From contig CAVQUB010000003.1 in the NCBI GenBank assembly GCA_963716725.1, positions 128,001 to 192,000 of the forward strand: a DNA stretch of 64,000 nucleotides, given 5' to 3'. Source of the DNA: an uncultured delta proteobacterium (GTDB taxonomy: Bacteria > Myxococcota_A > Polyangia > Polyangiales > Polyangiaceae). The notes beneath the pieces were generated by a model. The model worked only from the letters and a program-made list of their open reading frames with translations. It made no database searches and was not told the origin of the DNA. The translations under genes and the position numbers were made by a program. Shown piece after piece: positions 49,434 to 58,585 of this stretch; positions within the stretch are counted from its first letter, which is position 1, and each line of letters opens with the position of its first letter.

Positions 49434-52151
49434 GTGCGATCGGTCGGGGTGAGTGCAGTGCGGGGATCGCCAACAACATTCTGGGGCAAGCTCGAGAAGG
49501 CCGAAGGCGGCGAGGTCCTCGCGTGGCATCCCCTGCTCGCGCACAGCGCCGACGTGGCGGCGTGTGCAGAGGCGTTGCTGCAACGAACGCTGCTGCGCCA
49601 GCGTCTCGCGACACTCGGTGGACGCAGCGACCTCGACGACGTGGACATCGCGCGGCTGGCAGCGCTCGCTGCCCTGCACGACATCGGCAAGTTCAACCTG
49701 GGCTTTCAGAGAAAGAGCACGCAGGACCAGCACGACACCGCCGGGCACGTCAAAGAGGTTCTGGCGCTGTTCGGATCCGACTTTCGCGAGCGAGATCGGC
49801 TCTTCGAGGCCCTGCCCACCGACCCCATGGCTCGGTGGTGCGACTCCGAGGGAGCCTTCGAGTTGCTGGTCGCGGCGATCGGGCACCACGGAAAACCCGT
49901 CGCGTGCGACGCGCAGGCACCGGTTCCCGCCCTATGGCAGAGGTCGTTGCCGCTGGATCCCTTCGAGGGGGTCGCCTCGCTGACAGCGAGCGTTCGGTGC
50001 TGGTTTCCGCCGGCGTTCGAAACGTCGCGCTCGGGCCTTCCGGACACACCCGCGTTTCAGCATGCCTTCGCGGGGCTGGTCATGCTGGCGGATTGGCTCG
50101 GATCGGATCGCCAGGTCTTTCCGTTCGCGGACGACTTGAGCGATCGAGTGGAGTTTGCACGCAGCCAAGCAGCGAAGGCGCTGGCTCAGATTGGCCTCGA
50201 CACTCACGCAAGCCGCGCGTCACTCGGGCCGGAAGCGCCCGGATTCGGCGCAGTGAGTGGGTACACACCGCGTGCGGCGCAGACCGCGACGCTGGAGCTG
50301 CCCACAGAACCCAACGGAACCCTGACGGTGTTGGAGTCCGAAACGGGCTCCGGCAAGACAGAAGCTGCGCTGGTTCGCTTTGCGCGAATGTTCCACGCAG
50401 GCCTGGTCGATGGGATGACCTTCGCGCTCCCGACGCGCACGGCGGCGACGCAGCTGCATGGTCGCATCCGCGCCGCCATCCGCCGCGCCTTTCCAGACGA
50501 GGCCGTGCGCCCCCCGGTCGTTCTTGCGGTGCCCGGATACCTTCAGGTCGATGACATGGTGGGCCGACGACTCCCAAGGTTCGAGGTGCTATGGAATGAC
50601 GAGGCCAAGGAGCGAGACCGACATCGCGGCTGGGCTGCCGAACATCCGAAACGGTACCTCGCAGGCGCAATCGTCGTGGGCACCGTCGACCAGGTCCTGC
50701 TCTCGTCCCTGCGAGTCGGTCACGCCCATCTTCGAGCGACCGCGCTGCTGCGCCATCTGCTTGTCGTCGACGAAGTTCACGCTTCCGACGCGTACATGAA
50801 CCGCATCCTCGAGGAGGTGCTGCGGTTCCACATCGCTGCTGGTGGCCACGCATTTCTGATGTCCGCGACGCTGGGCTCGCACGTGCGGCGACGGTTGGAG
50901 CACGCGGCCCTGGGAGCGAAATCGTCCGACACGGACGAGCGTGACGGTTCGCTTGAAACCGCCCTCGCAACTCCCTACCCGGTCCTTCACCACGGGAACC
51001 GCCACCAGCCCAGCCGCGCGAGTGCCGTGACGACACCCGGACCTTCAAGAACCGTCAACGTGACGCTGGAGAGCCTCGCGGACTGTCCAGACGCCATCGT
51101 CGCCCGCGCGCTGGCCGCTGCCCGCGACGGAGCGCGGGTCATCGTCCTCCGGAACACGGTCAGCGACGCCGTAGCGACCCAGCTCGCGCTGGAGGAGCAG
51201 ATCGGGGCCGGCGACGGGGCGCTCCGTCTTGTGGCAAACGGCGTGCACTGCCTCCACCACGCCCGGTTCTCGAAGCCCGACCGCGAGCTGCTCGATCAGG
51301 CCATCGAATCGCGGTTCGGCAAGAGCGCACCCGTTCGCGGTGGCGCGATTGCGATCACGACTCAGACCGTCCAGCAGAGCCTCGACCTAGATGCCGATTT
51401 CATGCTCACTGATCTCGCCCCGATGGACGTTCTCTTGCAGCGCTTCGGACGCCTCCATCGGCATCGAGAGCGCGACCCCGATCGTCCAACCGCCTTCGGC
51501 GTGGCTCGCGCCGTTGTGATGACCGGGGACGAGCCGCTGGACACTTGCTTGCGCGCCAACGGTGAGGCTCGGGGCAGCCACGGCGCCGGCACCGTGTACT
51601 CGGACCTCGTCGTCCTGGAGGCCACCCGGCAGCGTCTCGCGCAGAGCGGAGAGCTTCGAATCCCGGAGCAGAATCGCGAACTGGTAGAGGTGACGACGCA
51701 CCCGGACGCGCTTCGGGCTCTCGTGAGCGCCCTCGGGGGAAGCTGGCCGGCTCACCACCAGAACGTCTGGGGGCGCCACTTCGCACATGTGGGCCTCGCA
51801 GGGCTGAACCTGGTCGAGAGGGACAAGCGTTTTGGCACGTACTCGTTCGCGCGGACAGAACTGGAGGAGCGCATAGCGTCGCGCCTGGGCGAGAGCACTC
51901 GTCAGGTGGTCTTCAGCGTCGCACCGAAAGGCCCTTTCGGGACGCACGTTCACCAGCTCAACATCCCTGGCTGGCTTGCGCGGGAGGTTCCCCCCGATCC
52001 CGGGCTCGAACCGGCCGGCGTCGTCGAGGGCACCGGACCGAAGGGGCAGGAGCTCCGCTTTTCGTTGGGTGGCGTGCACTTTGTCTACGACCGGTTCGGA
52101 CTGCGGAAAGAAGACGTCGCAACGGTGGAGGATGACATTGCGGACGAATAG
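49434..52151 (+). CDS. cas3: CRISPR-associated HD nuclease/helicase
   Basis: HSADV, LHDIGK, HHG, ADWLGS; ETGSGKT, DEVH, SAT, QRFGRLHRH. Confidence 0.95.
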   Translation: MRSVGVSAVRGSPTTFWGKLEKAEGGEVLAWHPLLAHSADVAACAEALLQRTLLRQRLATLGGRSDLDDVDIARLAALAALHDIGKFNLGFQRKSTQDQHDTAGHVKEVLALFGSDFRERDRLFEALPTDPMARWCDSEGAFELLVAAIGHHGKPVACDAQAPVPALWQRSLPLDPFEGVASLTASVRCWFPPAFETSRSGLPDTPAFQHAFAGLVMLADWLGSDRQVFPFADDLSDRVEFARSQAAKALAQIGLDTHASRASLGPEAPGFGAVSGYTPRAAQTATLELPTEPNGTLTVLESETGSGKTEAALVRFARMFHAGLVDGMTFALPTRTAATQLHGRIRAAIRRAFPDEAVRPPVVLAVPGYLQVDDMVGRRLPRFEVLWNDEAKERDRHRGWAAEHPKRYLAGAIVVGTVDQVLLSSLRVGHAHLRATALLRHLLVVDEVHASDAYMNRILEEVLRFHIAAGGHAFLMSATLGSHVRRRLEHAALGAKSSDTDERDGSLETALATPYPVLHHGNRHQPSRASAVTTPGPSRTVNVTLESLADCPDAIVARALAAARDGARVIVLRNTVSDAVATQLALEEQIGAGDGALRLVANGVHCLHHARFSKPDRELLDQAIESRFGKSAPVRGGAIAITTQTVQQSLDLDADFMLTDLAPMDVLLQRFGRLHRHRERDPDRPTAFGVARAVVMTGDEPLDTCLRANGEARGSHGAGTVYSDLVVLEATRQRLAQSGELRIPEQNRELVEVTTHPDALRALVSALGGSWPAHHQNVWGRHFAHVGLAGLNLVERDKRFGTYSFARTELEERIASRLGESTRQVVFSVAPKGPFGTHVHQLNIPGWLAREVPPDPGLEPAGVVEGTGPKGQELRFSLGGVHFVYDRFGLRKEDVATVEDDIADE

Positions 52152-52195
52152 ATCGCTTTCTTCAAGAGTATCCCCAATGCCCGAAGGAGACCGAA

Positions 52196-53785
52196 GTGGC
52201 CGACGGTAACGATCCTGGGGTGCAGCATTCGCTGCTCGATGAAGCGGTAATTGGCGTCGAAGGGCGAGAAGGCGATCGCACACGGGTCACCTTGCCCGCG
52301 CTGCTCGCTCGACTCTCGCGCGGCGAAGACACGGAGCTCACCGCCATTCAGGCGCATCAGCAGCACGCTTGGCACGCATTCACGGTTCAGCTCGCGGCCA
52401 TCGCCCTGGCCCGCGCGAACGAGACCCTCGAAGCGGCCAAGGACGAGCCGGCTTGGCGGGCGCTCCTTGTCGCGGCTGCGGAGGGGGACGCCTCTGGTCC
52501 GGAGGCCTTCGCGTTGGTCGTGAACGATCTTGCGAAGCCTGCGTTCATGCAGGCGCCGGTCCCGGAGGGTTCACTCGCTCCCCTGAAGAACGAGCACGAA
52601 CGGCCCAGCTCTGAGCTCGAGGTCCTGATCACGTCGAAGAACCACGATGTCAAGATCAACCGATTGGCCCAGCCGAGCGTGGAACACTGGGTCTTCGCGC
52701 TGGTCACGCTCCAGACCATGCAGGGGTTCCTGGGTGCGGGGAACTATGGCATCGCGCGGATGAACGGCGGCTTCGCGAGCCGTCCCTGCGTTTCGTTCGC
52801 GCCCGAGACCCGCGCCTCAGCGAGATTCGTTCGCGACGTCGGCCTCCTGCTCGAAGCCCGCGAGGAACTGCTCGCTCGCGGATTCGCCGGCAAGGGAGGG
52901 CTCGGGCTCGTGTGGTGCGCAGCCTGGGATGGCTCGAGTTCCCTCTCGCTCGCGAAACTCGATCCCTTCTTCATCGAAATCTGTCGGCGCGTTCGGCTGG
53001 TGGCCCCCGCCGGAAAGCTGGTCGCCCATCGCGGCTCGAGCAAAGTCGCTCGCATCGACGGCAGTCAGCTCACGGGCAACACCGGCGACGCTTGGACGCC
53101 GGTTTCGAGGAAGGACGGCAAGGCGCTGACCGTGTCCGAAAGCGGCTTCACCTACGAACGCGTCCAGGATCTCATGTTCGGAGACTGGGCTCCGCCTGTT
53201 GCCGCGGACCCGGACAAAGGAGCCGGGCGCTACTGGGTCGGGCAGGTGCTCGTGCGAGGACAGGGAAAGACCGGCGGTTACCACGAACGCTGGGTGCCCG
53301 TACCCGGCAAGGCCCGGGGCTTCTTGGCCAAGCCCGACGCGCGCGCGACGCTCGGCAAGCGCGCGCAGGAGTGGGTCTCTTTCGCCAAGGTCGCGAGGCT
53401 CAACATCCTCAAGCCGGCGCTGCTGAATTTGCTGCAGGGCGGCCCGGAGAAGCTCAAGTTCGACGACGATCGCGCGGAGCCTTTCCTCGCACACCTGAAC
53501 CAAGCCATCGACGGCGTCTTCTTCCCGATGCTCTTCCAGTTGGCCGCGCAAGAACCGGAACAGGCAAACCTCACGTTCGCTCGAGAGCTGCTCGATCTCG
53601 CGCGGGCCGAACTCGAGCGCGCAACGACCGGAGTCCCGATGAGCTCGGCGCGCAGGCACCGCGCCATCTCGTATGCGTATCGCTCGTTCTGGGGCGCGGC
53701 GCGCAACAGGAAGGACTTCCCTCGGACCAATCTGCCCACCGGATCCACCTCCACCCCCGCTGACTCGGACGGAGACGCCACATGA
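52196..53785 (+). CDS. cas8e: Type I-E large subunit Cse1/CasA
   Basis: Position after cas3; LQTMQGFLGAGNYGIARMNGG, FFIEICRRVRL. Confidence 0.85.
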   Translation: MADGNDPGVQHSLLDEAVIGVEGREGDRTRVTLPALLARLSRGEDTELTAIQAHQQHAWHAFTVQLAAIALARANETLEAAKDEPAWRALLVAAAEGDASGPEAFALVVNDLAKPAFMQAPVPEGSLAPLKNEHERPSSELEVLITSKNHDVKINRLAQPSVEHWVFALVTLQTMQGFLGAGNYGIARMNGGFASRPCVSFAPETRASARFVRDVGLLLEAREELLARGFAGKGGLGLVWCAAWDGSSSLSLAKLDPFFIEICRRVRLVAPAGKLVAHRGSSKVARIDGSQLTGNTGDAWTPVSRKDGKALTVSESGFTYERVQDLMFGDWAPPVAADPDKGAGRYWVGQVLVRGQGKTGGYHERWVPVPGKARGFLAKPDARATLGKRAQEWVSFAKVARLNILKPALLNLLQGGPEKLKFDDDRAEPFLAHLNQAIDGVFFPMLFQLAAQEPEQANLTFARELLDLARAELERATTGVPMSSARRHRAISYAYRSFWGAARNRKDFPRTNLPTGSTSTPADSDGDAT

Positions 53786-54351
53786 CTGAACCTGATCAAA
53801 AGGAAGCCCCAGAGACGGACGCAACGAGCGGCGGCGCACCGACGGAGTCGCGCGCGGACGTTCGCAGCAGGGTGTTGGGCGCCCTTCGGCACACGTTGGA
53901 ACGTGCGGACCCCGGCGTGCTCGCACGATTGCGACGCGCCGACCCTCGCTCCCCTCCGCCCGACTTCTTCCGCGTGTCGGTGGACGTGCTCGACGAAATC
54001 CTGCCCGGCAGAGGGCCCATTCGCGACGAGCAAGAGACACGTTGGGCGGTGATCGTCCAAGCGATGGCGATGGCTCTGGGCACCAACGCAAAGAGCGGAG
54101 GCCTGCTCGGCGGCGCCCCGTTCGGCAAGGCGTTGGCCACCGCGGGAGTCGCAGAGATGCGCATGCTGCGCCTCTTGGAGGCTGAGGCCGACCAGCTCCC
54201 GGCCCTAACCCGTCAACTGGTCTCGCAGCTGGTCAGCCGCGGCGAACCCTTCAGCGTCGGCGATCTGGCCGCGCTGGTCCTGGACCGCGATCCCGAGCGT
54301 GCTCGGCGCGAGATTGCCCGCAACTTCTACCGTCACCTCGAGAGCAACTGA
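53782..54351 (+). CDS. cas11: Type I-E small subunit Cse2/CasB
   Basis: LARLRRA, E.RMLRLL, IARNFY; position in operon. Confidence 0.85.
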   Translation: MTEPDQKEAPETDATSGGAPTESRADVRSRVLGALRHTLERADPGVLARLRRADPRSPPPDFFRVSVDVLDEILPGRGPIRDEQETRWAVIVQAMAMALGTNAKSGGLLGGAPFGKALATAGVAEMRMLRLLEAEADQLPALTRQLVSQLVSRGEPFSVGDLAALVLDRDPERARREIARNFYRHLESN

Positions 54352-54363
54352 TCGGAGACCCCC

Positions 54364-55656
54364 ATGAGCCAATCGAGCCAGAAACCCCTCTTCATTCAAA
54401 TCCACACCCTCACTTCCTACCCCGGAAGCCTGTTGAACCGAGACGACCAGGGTTTCGCGAAACGCCTCCCCTTTGGCGGGGCGACGCGTACTCGGATTTC
54501 GTCGCAATGCCTCAAGCGTCATTGGCGGACGTTCCGCGGCGAGCACTCGTTGGCCTCGCTTCACGACGCGAAGGACCCGGTTGAGCTCTCCATCCGGTCA
54601 CGTCACACCTTTGATCGCTTCGTCGTCCAGCCGCTGATCGCCGATGGGGTGTCGGCTGAACTGGCGCGCGCGGCGACCGAAGCGGTTATGACAGCGGTGC
54701 TCGGCGAGAGCGCCAAGGCGAAGAAGGCCAAGGACGACGCCAAGAGCGAGGACGGAGCCGCGAAGCCCGCGAAGAAGGGGAAGGCGAACAAGGACGACGG
54801 GGAAGCTGCAGATGCAAAGCTGATGACCGGTCAAATCACGGTGCTCGGCCGTCCGGAGATCGACTTCTTCCTCGCCGAAGCCCGCGCCCTGGCCAGTGAC
54901 GCGGGGTCGGCCGACAAGATAGAGGACGCGAAGAAGCGACGCTTCACCAAGGACTGGGGCAAGAATCTGGACGGGCTGAAGCGAGCGGCAGGGCTGGATG
55001 CCGCGCTGTTCGGCCGGATGGTCACCAGCAGCAAGCTGGCGCGCGCCGACGCCGCGATCCACGTCGCCCACGCCTTCACCGTGCACAGCGAACACGCCGA
55101 GACCGACTACTTCGCCGCCATCGACGACCTGCTCGGCACGGGCGACGACGCGGACCAACTGGGGAGCGGGCACATCGGCAACACCGAGCTCACCAGCGGG
55201 CTCTTCTACGGATACGTGGTCGTGGACGTCGCGCAGCTCGTCTCCAACCTCGAGGGGTGCGCGCAGCGCGACTGGGCCGCCGCGGACCGCCGGCTAGCGG
55301 CCGAGGTCGTCCACAATCTCGTGCACCTCGTCTCGCGGGTGTCGCCGGGCGCCAAGGTCGGATCGACGGCACCGCACGCATTCGCCCACCTCGCCTTGGC
55401 CGAGGCCGGCTCGAGCCAGCCGCGAACATTGGCCAACGCATTCTTGAAGCCGGTCGCGGACCGGCCGGATTTGCTGGCGAACGCCTACGCAGCTCTCTCG
55501 CGCTACGCGCAAGAGGTCGACTCTGTGTACGCGCTGGACAATCGCCGCGCGCTGGCCGGGATTGGCGCAACGGACGATCTCAGGGCGCTCGGCACGCCTG
55601 TGTCCATCGACGCCGTGGCGAAGTTTGCTGCCGGAGCGATCATGGAGCATTCCTGA
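54364..55656 (+). CDS. cas7: Type I-E backbone subunit Cse4/CasC
   Basis: LLNRDDQG.AK, RISSQCLKR, ALFGRM, DYFAAIDDL. Confidence 0.95.
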   Translation: MSQSSQKPLFIQIHTLTSYPGSLLNRDDQGFAKRLPFGGATRTRISSQCLKRHWRTFRGEHSLASLHDAKDPVELSIRSRHTFDRFVVQPLIADGVSAELARAATEAVMTAVLGESAKAKKAKDDAKSEDGAAKPAKKGKANKDDGEAADAKLMTGQITVLGRPEIDFFLAEARALASDAGSADKIEDAKKRRFTKDWGKNLDGLKRAAGLDAALFGRMVTSSKLARADAAIHVAHAFTVHSEHAETDYFAAIDDLLGTGDDADQLGSGHIGNTELTSGLFYGYVVVDVAQLVSNLEGCAQRDWAAADRRLAAEVVHNLVHLVSRVSPGAKVGSTAPHAFAHLALAEAGSSQPRTLANAFLKPVADRPDLLANAYAALSRYAQEVDSVYALDNRRALAGIGATDDLRALGTPVSIDAVAKFAAGAIMEHS

Positions 55657-56405
55657 TGGAGATCGCGTTTCTGCGATTCGACGCCCCGCTCATGAGCTTC
55701 GGCTCGGTGGCCGTCGATCAAGCGAACAAGACCGACCTCTACCCGTACCGTGCGATGCTGGTTGGCCTTCTCGCGAATGCGCTTGGCCACACCCGAGACG
55801 AGGTTGAGAAGCACGAGGCGCTCCAGTCAGGGCTGCGATACGCTGCCCGCCGGGACCGATCGGGCACGACGCTGGTGGATTTCCAGACAGTCGACTTCCG
55901 GAGTGACGGCCCGATGGCTTCGGAGCTGGGCTGGACGGCCGAGGGCGAGCTGGAGGAGCGAGCTGGTGGTGCCGCGAGCGAAGGAACGCACATCCGATAT
56001 CGCCACTATGTCGCCGACAGCATCGTCACCGTGGCGTTCGCGCTCAGTGGCGAGAAGGGGCTCCAAACCGATCAGGTAGTCGATGCGCTCAGACGACCCG
56101 CGCGCCCGCTGTTCTTGGGGAGAAAGTGCTGCATCCCTTCCGCGCCTGTGTTTCTCGAGCTCGGGGCCGCGGGATCGTTGCGCGAGGCACTGAGCGACCT
56201 GCCCCGAGTGGACCGCCGCGGGGAAGACGGCGCACTCCCTGCCATTTGGCCGGCGTCAGAAGAAGCTGACCCGGACCGCCCGCTCTGGCCGCGCGTCGAA
56301 GATCGCGACTGGAGGAACGCGATCCACGTTGGTCGCCGAATGTACGTCGAGGGACATGTAGACCCGCCGTACCCCTCCACGTCGGACAGGCAGGCAGCGC
56401 CATGA
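55656..56405 (+). CDS. cas5: Type I-E CasD
   Basis: APLMSFG, GLLANALG, DFQTV, LFLGRKCC. Confidence 0.93.
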   Translation: MEIAFLRFDAPLMSFGSVAVDQANKTDLYPYRAMLVGLLANALGHTRDEVEKHEALQSGLRYAARRDRSGTTLVDFQTVDFRSDGPMASELGWTAEGELEERAGGAASEGTHIRYRHYVADSIVTVAFALSGEKGLQTDQVVDALRRPARPLFLGRKCCIPSAPVFLELGAAGSLREALSDLPRVDRRGEDGALPAIWPASEEADPDRPLWPRVEDRDWRNAIHVGRRMYVEGHVDPPYPSTSDRQAAP

Positions 56406-57166
56406 TGCAGGATCTTCACCTCGTCCGGATGAACATCGACAGCCAGGCGTTGTACCGGTTCGCGCGGCGCTCGCGCTTGCCCGCCCGGGATTTCGACGAG
56501 GGATATGCCGTGCACGCACTGCTGGCGGCCTTGTTCGACAGCGAGACGAACCCCGACGCGCGCGTCGCGCCAAAGCCCTTCCGCTTGGTCGATCCCGCCA
56601 GACGCATGATCGAAGTGCTTGGGTACGCGAGCCTCGATCACCGAGCGCTCGGCGAACGCGCAAAGTCGTTTGCCGACCCGCTCGCCTGGGATGTCTGCAA
56701 CGTGGATGAAATCGCATCGCGACCCGTGCCGCAGTTTCAAGTGGGTAGCGAACTGGGATTTTCCGTTCGCGTCTGCCCGGTGCGCCGCGTGGCCAAGCGG
56801 GGCAACCAGCAGAAGGAGCGCGCTGAGGTCGACGCCTTCTTGGCAAAGGTCTGGGAGATCGATGACCCGGAGGTCATGGTCGATCGCGAATCCGTGTACC
56901 TCGAATGGCTTCGGTCAGAGGTACAGAAGGACGGCGCGGCACTGCTCCGTAACGCCGAACTGACTAGCTTTCAGCTGGGCCGACAGCACCGGCGAACGCA
57001 GGGGCAAGATCGACGCGGAGCACGCCTGTCCCATCCCGAGGCCTGCTTCGAGGGGTCTCTCGAGGTCCGCGATCCTGCGTCATTCGCGGCGCGACTTGGC
57101 CGAGGGCTGGGCCGACACCGCTCCTTCGGTTTCGGCATGCTCCTGCTCAAACCTGCGAGGAGCTAG
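56402..57166 (+). CDS. cas6e: Type I-E crRNA endoribonuclease Cse3/CasE
   Basis: YAVH, C-terminal GLGRHRSFGFGMLL. Confidence 0.92.
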   Translation: MMQDLHLVRMNIDSQALYRFARRSRLPARDFDEGYAVHALLAALFDSETNPDARVAPKPFRLVDPARRMIEVLGYASLDHRALGERAKSFADPLAWDVCNVDEIASRPVPQFQVGSELGFSVRVCPVRRVAKRGNQQKERAEVDAFLAKVWEIDDPEVMVDRESVYLEWLRSEVQKDGAALLRNAELTSFQLGRQHRRTQGQDRRGARLSHPEACFEGSLEVRDPASFAARLGRGLGRHRSFGFGMLLLKPARS

Positions 57167-57169
57167 CGG

Positions 57170-58132
57170 GTGAAGTCCCGTCGCCAGATGCCCAGCGACA
57201 CCGCGACCGCGGAAGGTGGCGAGGGCGCCGGCAAGGAAATGCGCGGCCGCCTGGGGCTGGAAACCGCCCGCATTCCACAGCAGGACCGGCATGGTTTGCT
57301 TTGGCTTGGGCGCGGCCAACTCTACGTGCACGACGGAACCCTACGCTTCAAATGCGCCGGCTTCGGCGATCTCGAACCGGGCGACTACTCGATCCCATTC
57401 CAACTCCTGACCTGCATCGTGCTGCAACCGGGGACGTCGCTCACCCACGATGTGCTCCGACTCTGCGCGGCGCATGGCACAGGGATCGTCGCGGTCGGAG
57501 AGGGAGGTGTTCGGTACTTCGCGAGCTCGCCCTTCGGGCCGAACGAATCGGCGCGAGCGCGGCGGCAAGCGCTGTTGTGGGCAAACCAGGCCGACCGGCT
57601 GACAGTTGCGCGGCGCATGTATGCATGGCGGCTCGGTGAGGTCTTTCCCAGTGCCGACATAGCCGTGCTCCGCGGGATGGAGGGCTCGCGGATGAAGGAG
57701 ACCTACAAGCGCCTCGCAAACCAGTTCCAGGTTCCGTGGGCGGGTCGCAGATACGATCGCGACAAACCCGAGGCTACTGACCTGTCCAACCAGGCGATCA
57801 ACCACACCGTCACCGCCGTCGAAGCGACGGCGATGGTCGCAGTCGCCGTGACCGGCGCCGTGCCGCAACTTGGATTCATTCATGAGGATGCCGGACACGC
57901 ATTCACCTTGGACGTCACCGACCTGTTTCGGGACACCGTCACGTTGCCGGTGGCCTTCACGGCGGCAAGACAGGCTGCCCAGCGGCCTGGCGAACCGGTA
58001 GAACGAATCGCCAGGCGCCTTGCCGCGAAGACGCTGCGAGAGAACAAGATCGTCCTTCGAATGATCGACCGAATCAAAGAGATGCTCGACTCGGACGGTG
58101 GAGAATTCAGCGCCGACGGGGATCGAACTTGA
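57170..58132 (+). CDS. cas1: Type I-E integrase
   Basis: LRGMEG, LGFIH, D..D; start may be 57188 or 57239. Confidence 0.95.
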   Translation: MKSRRQMPSDTATAEGGEGAGKEMRGRLGLETARIPQQDRHGLLWLGRGQLYVHDGTLRFKCAGFGDLEPGDYSIPFQLLTCIVLQPGTSLTHDVLRLCAAHGTGIVAVGEGGVRYFASSPFGPNESARARRQALLWANQADRLTVARRMYAWRLGEVFPSADIAVLRGMEGSRMKETYKRLANQFQVPWAGRRYDRDKPEATDLSNQAINHTVTAVEATAMVAVAVTGAVPQLGFIHEDAGHAFTLDVTDLFRDTVTLPVAFTAARQAAQRPGEPVERIARRLAAKTLRENKIVLRMIDRIKEMLDSDGGEFSADGDRT

Positions 58133-58154
58133 CCGACCCCGGGAAGGCCGCCGG

Positions 58155-58502
58155 ATGGCGATGACGATCGTCGTCACCCGGAACGCCGAGGGTCGCGTAC
58201 GCGGCTTTCTGGCGTCGACCATGCTCGAGATCGCCGCGGGCGTTTACACCTCCCCCAACATGACGCCGGCCGTTCGCGATCGGGTCTGGGCCGTCCTGGA
58301 AAAGTGGCGCGTCGGGAGCCGCAACGACGGGGCTCTCATGACCTGGCCCGACGCAGCCGCGCCCGGCGGCCAGCAGATTCGCACTCTCGGTGAAGCGCCC
58401 ATCGACCTCGCGGAGACCCCCGCGATCGTGCTCGCGAGGCGGCCTCTCGGCGAGGACGAGATCCGTTCTTTGAAATCCCAAGTTGATGATCTGCCGTTTT
58501 GA
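58155..58502 (+). CDS. cas2: Type I-E Cas2
   Basis: RVRGFLA..MLEIAAGVY..RDRVW. Confidence 0.92.
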   Translation: MAMTIVVTRNAEGRVRGFLASTMLEIAAGVYTSPNMTPAVRDRVWAVLEKWRVGSRNDGALMTWPDAAAPGGQQIRTLGEAPIDLAETPAIVLARRPLGEDEIRSLKSQVDDLPF

Positions 58503-58585
58503 CCGGCGCCGCTGCCGGCGCTGCGCTTGACGGCAGCGGCCAAGGCGGCACAGCCTTGGCACACGCTGGCTCATTTGGTCTCAGA
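58503..58585 (+). promoter_or_regulatory. Probable CRISPR leader (short, GC-rich, two inverted repeats)
   Basis: Lies between cas2 and repeat 1; repeat orientation matches the I-E consensus on the + strand. Confidence 0.6.

Noticed and set aside
49220..58502. Extra effector, reverse transcriptase, transposase or Tn7 genes linked to the cas operon
   Set aside because: None found; the eight cas genes are contiguous and canonical for I-E. Anything beyond the array end is outside the window.
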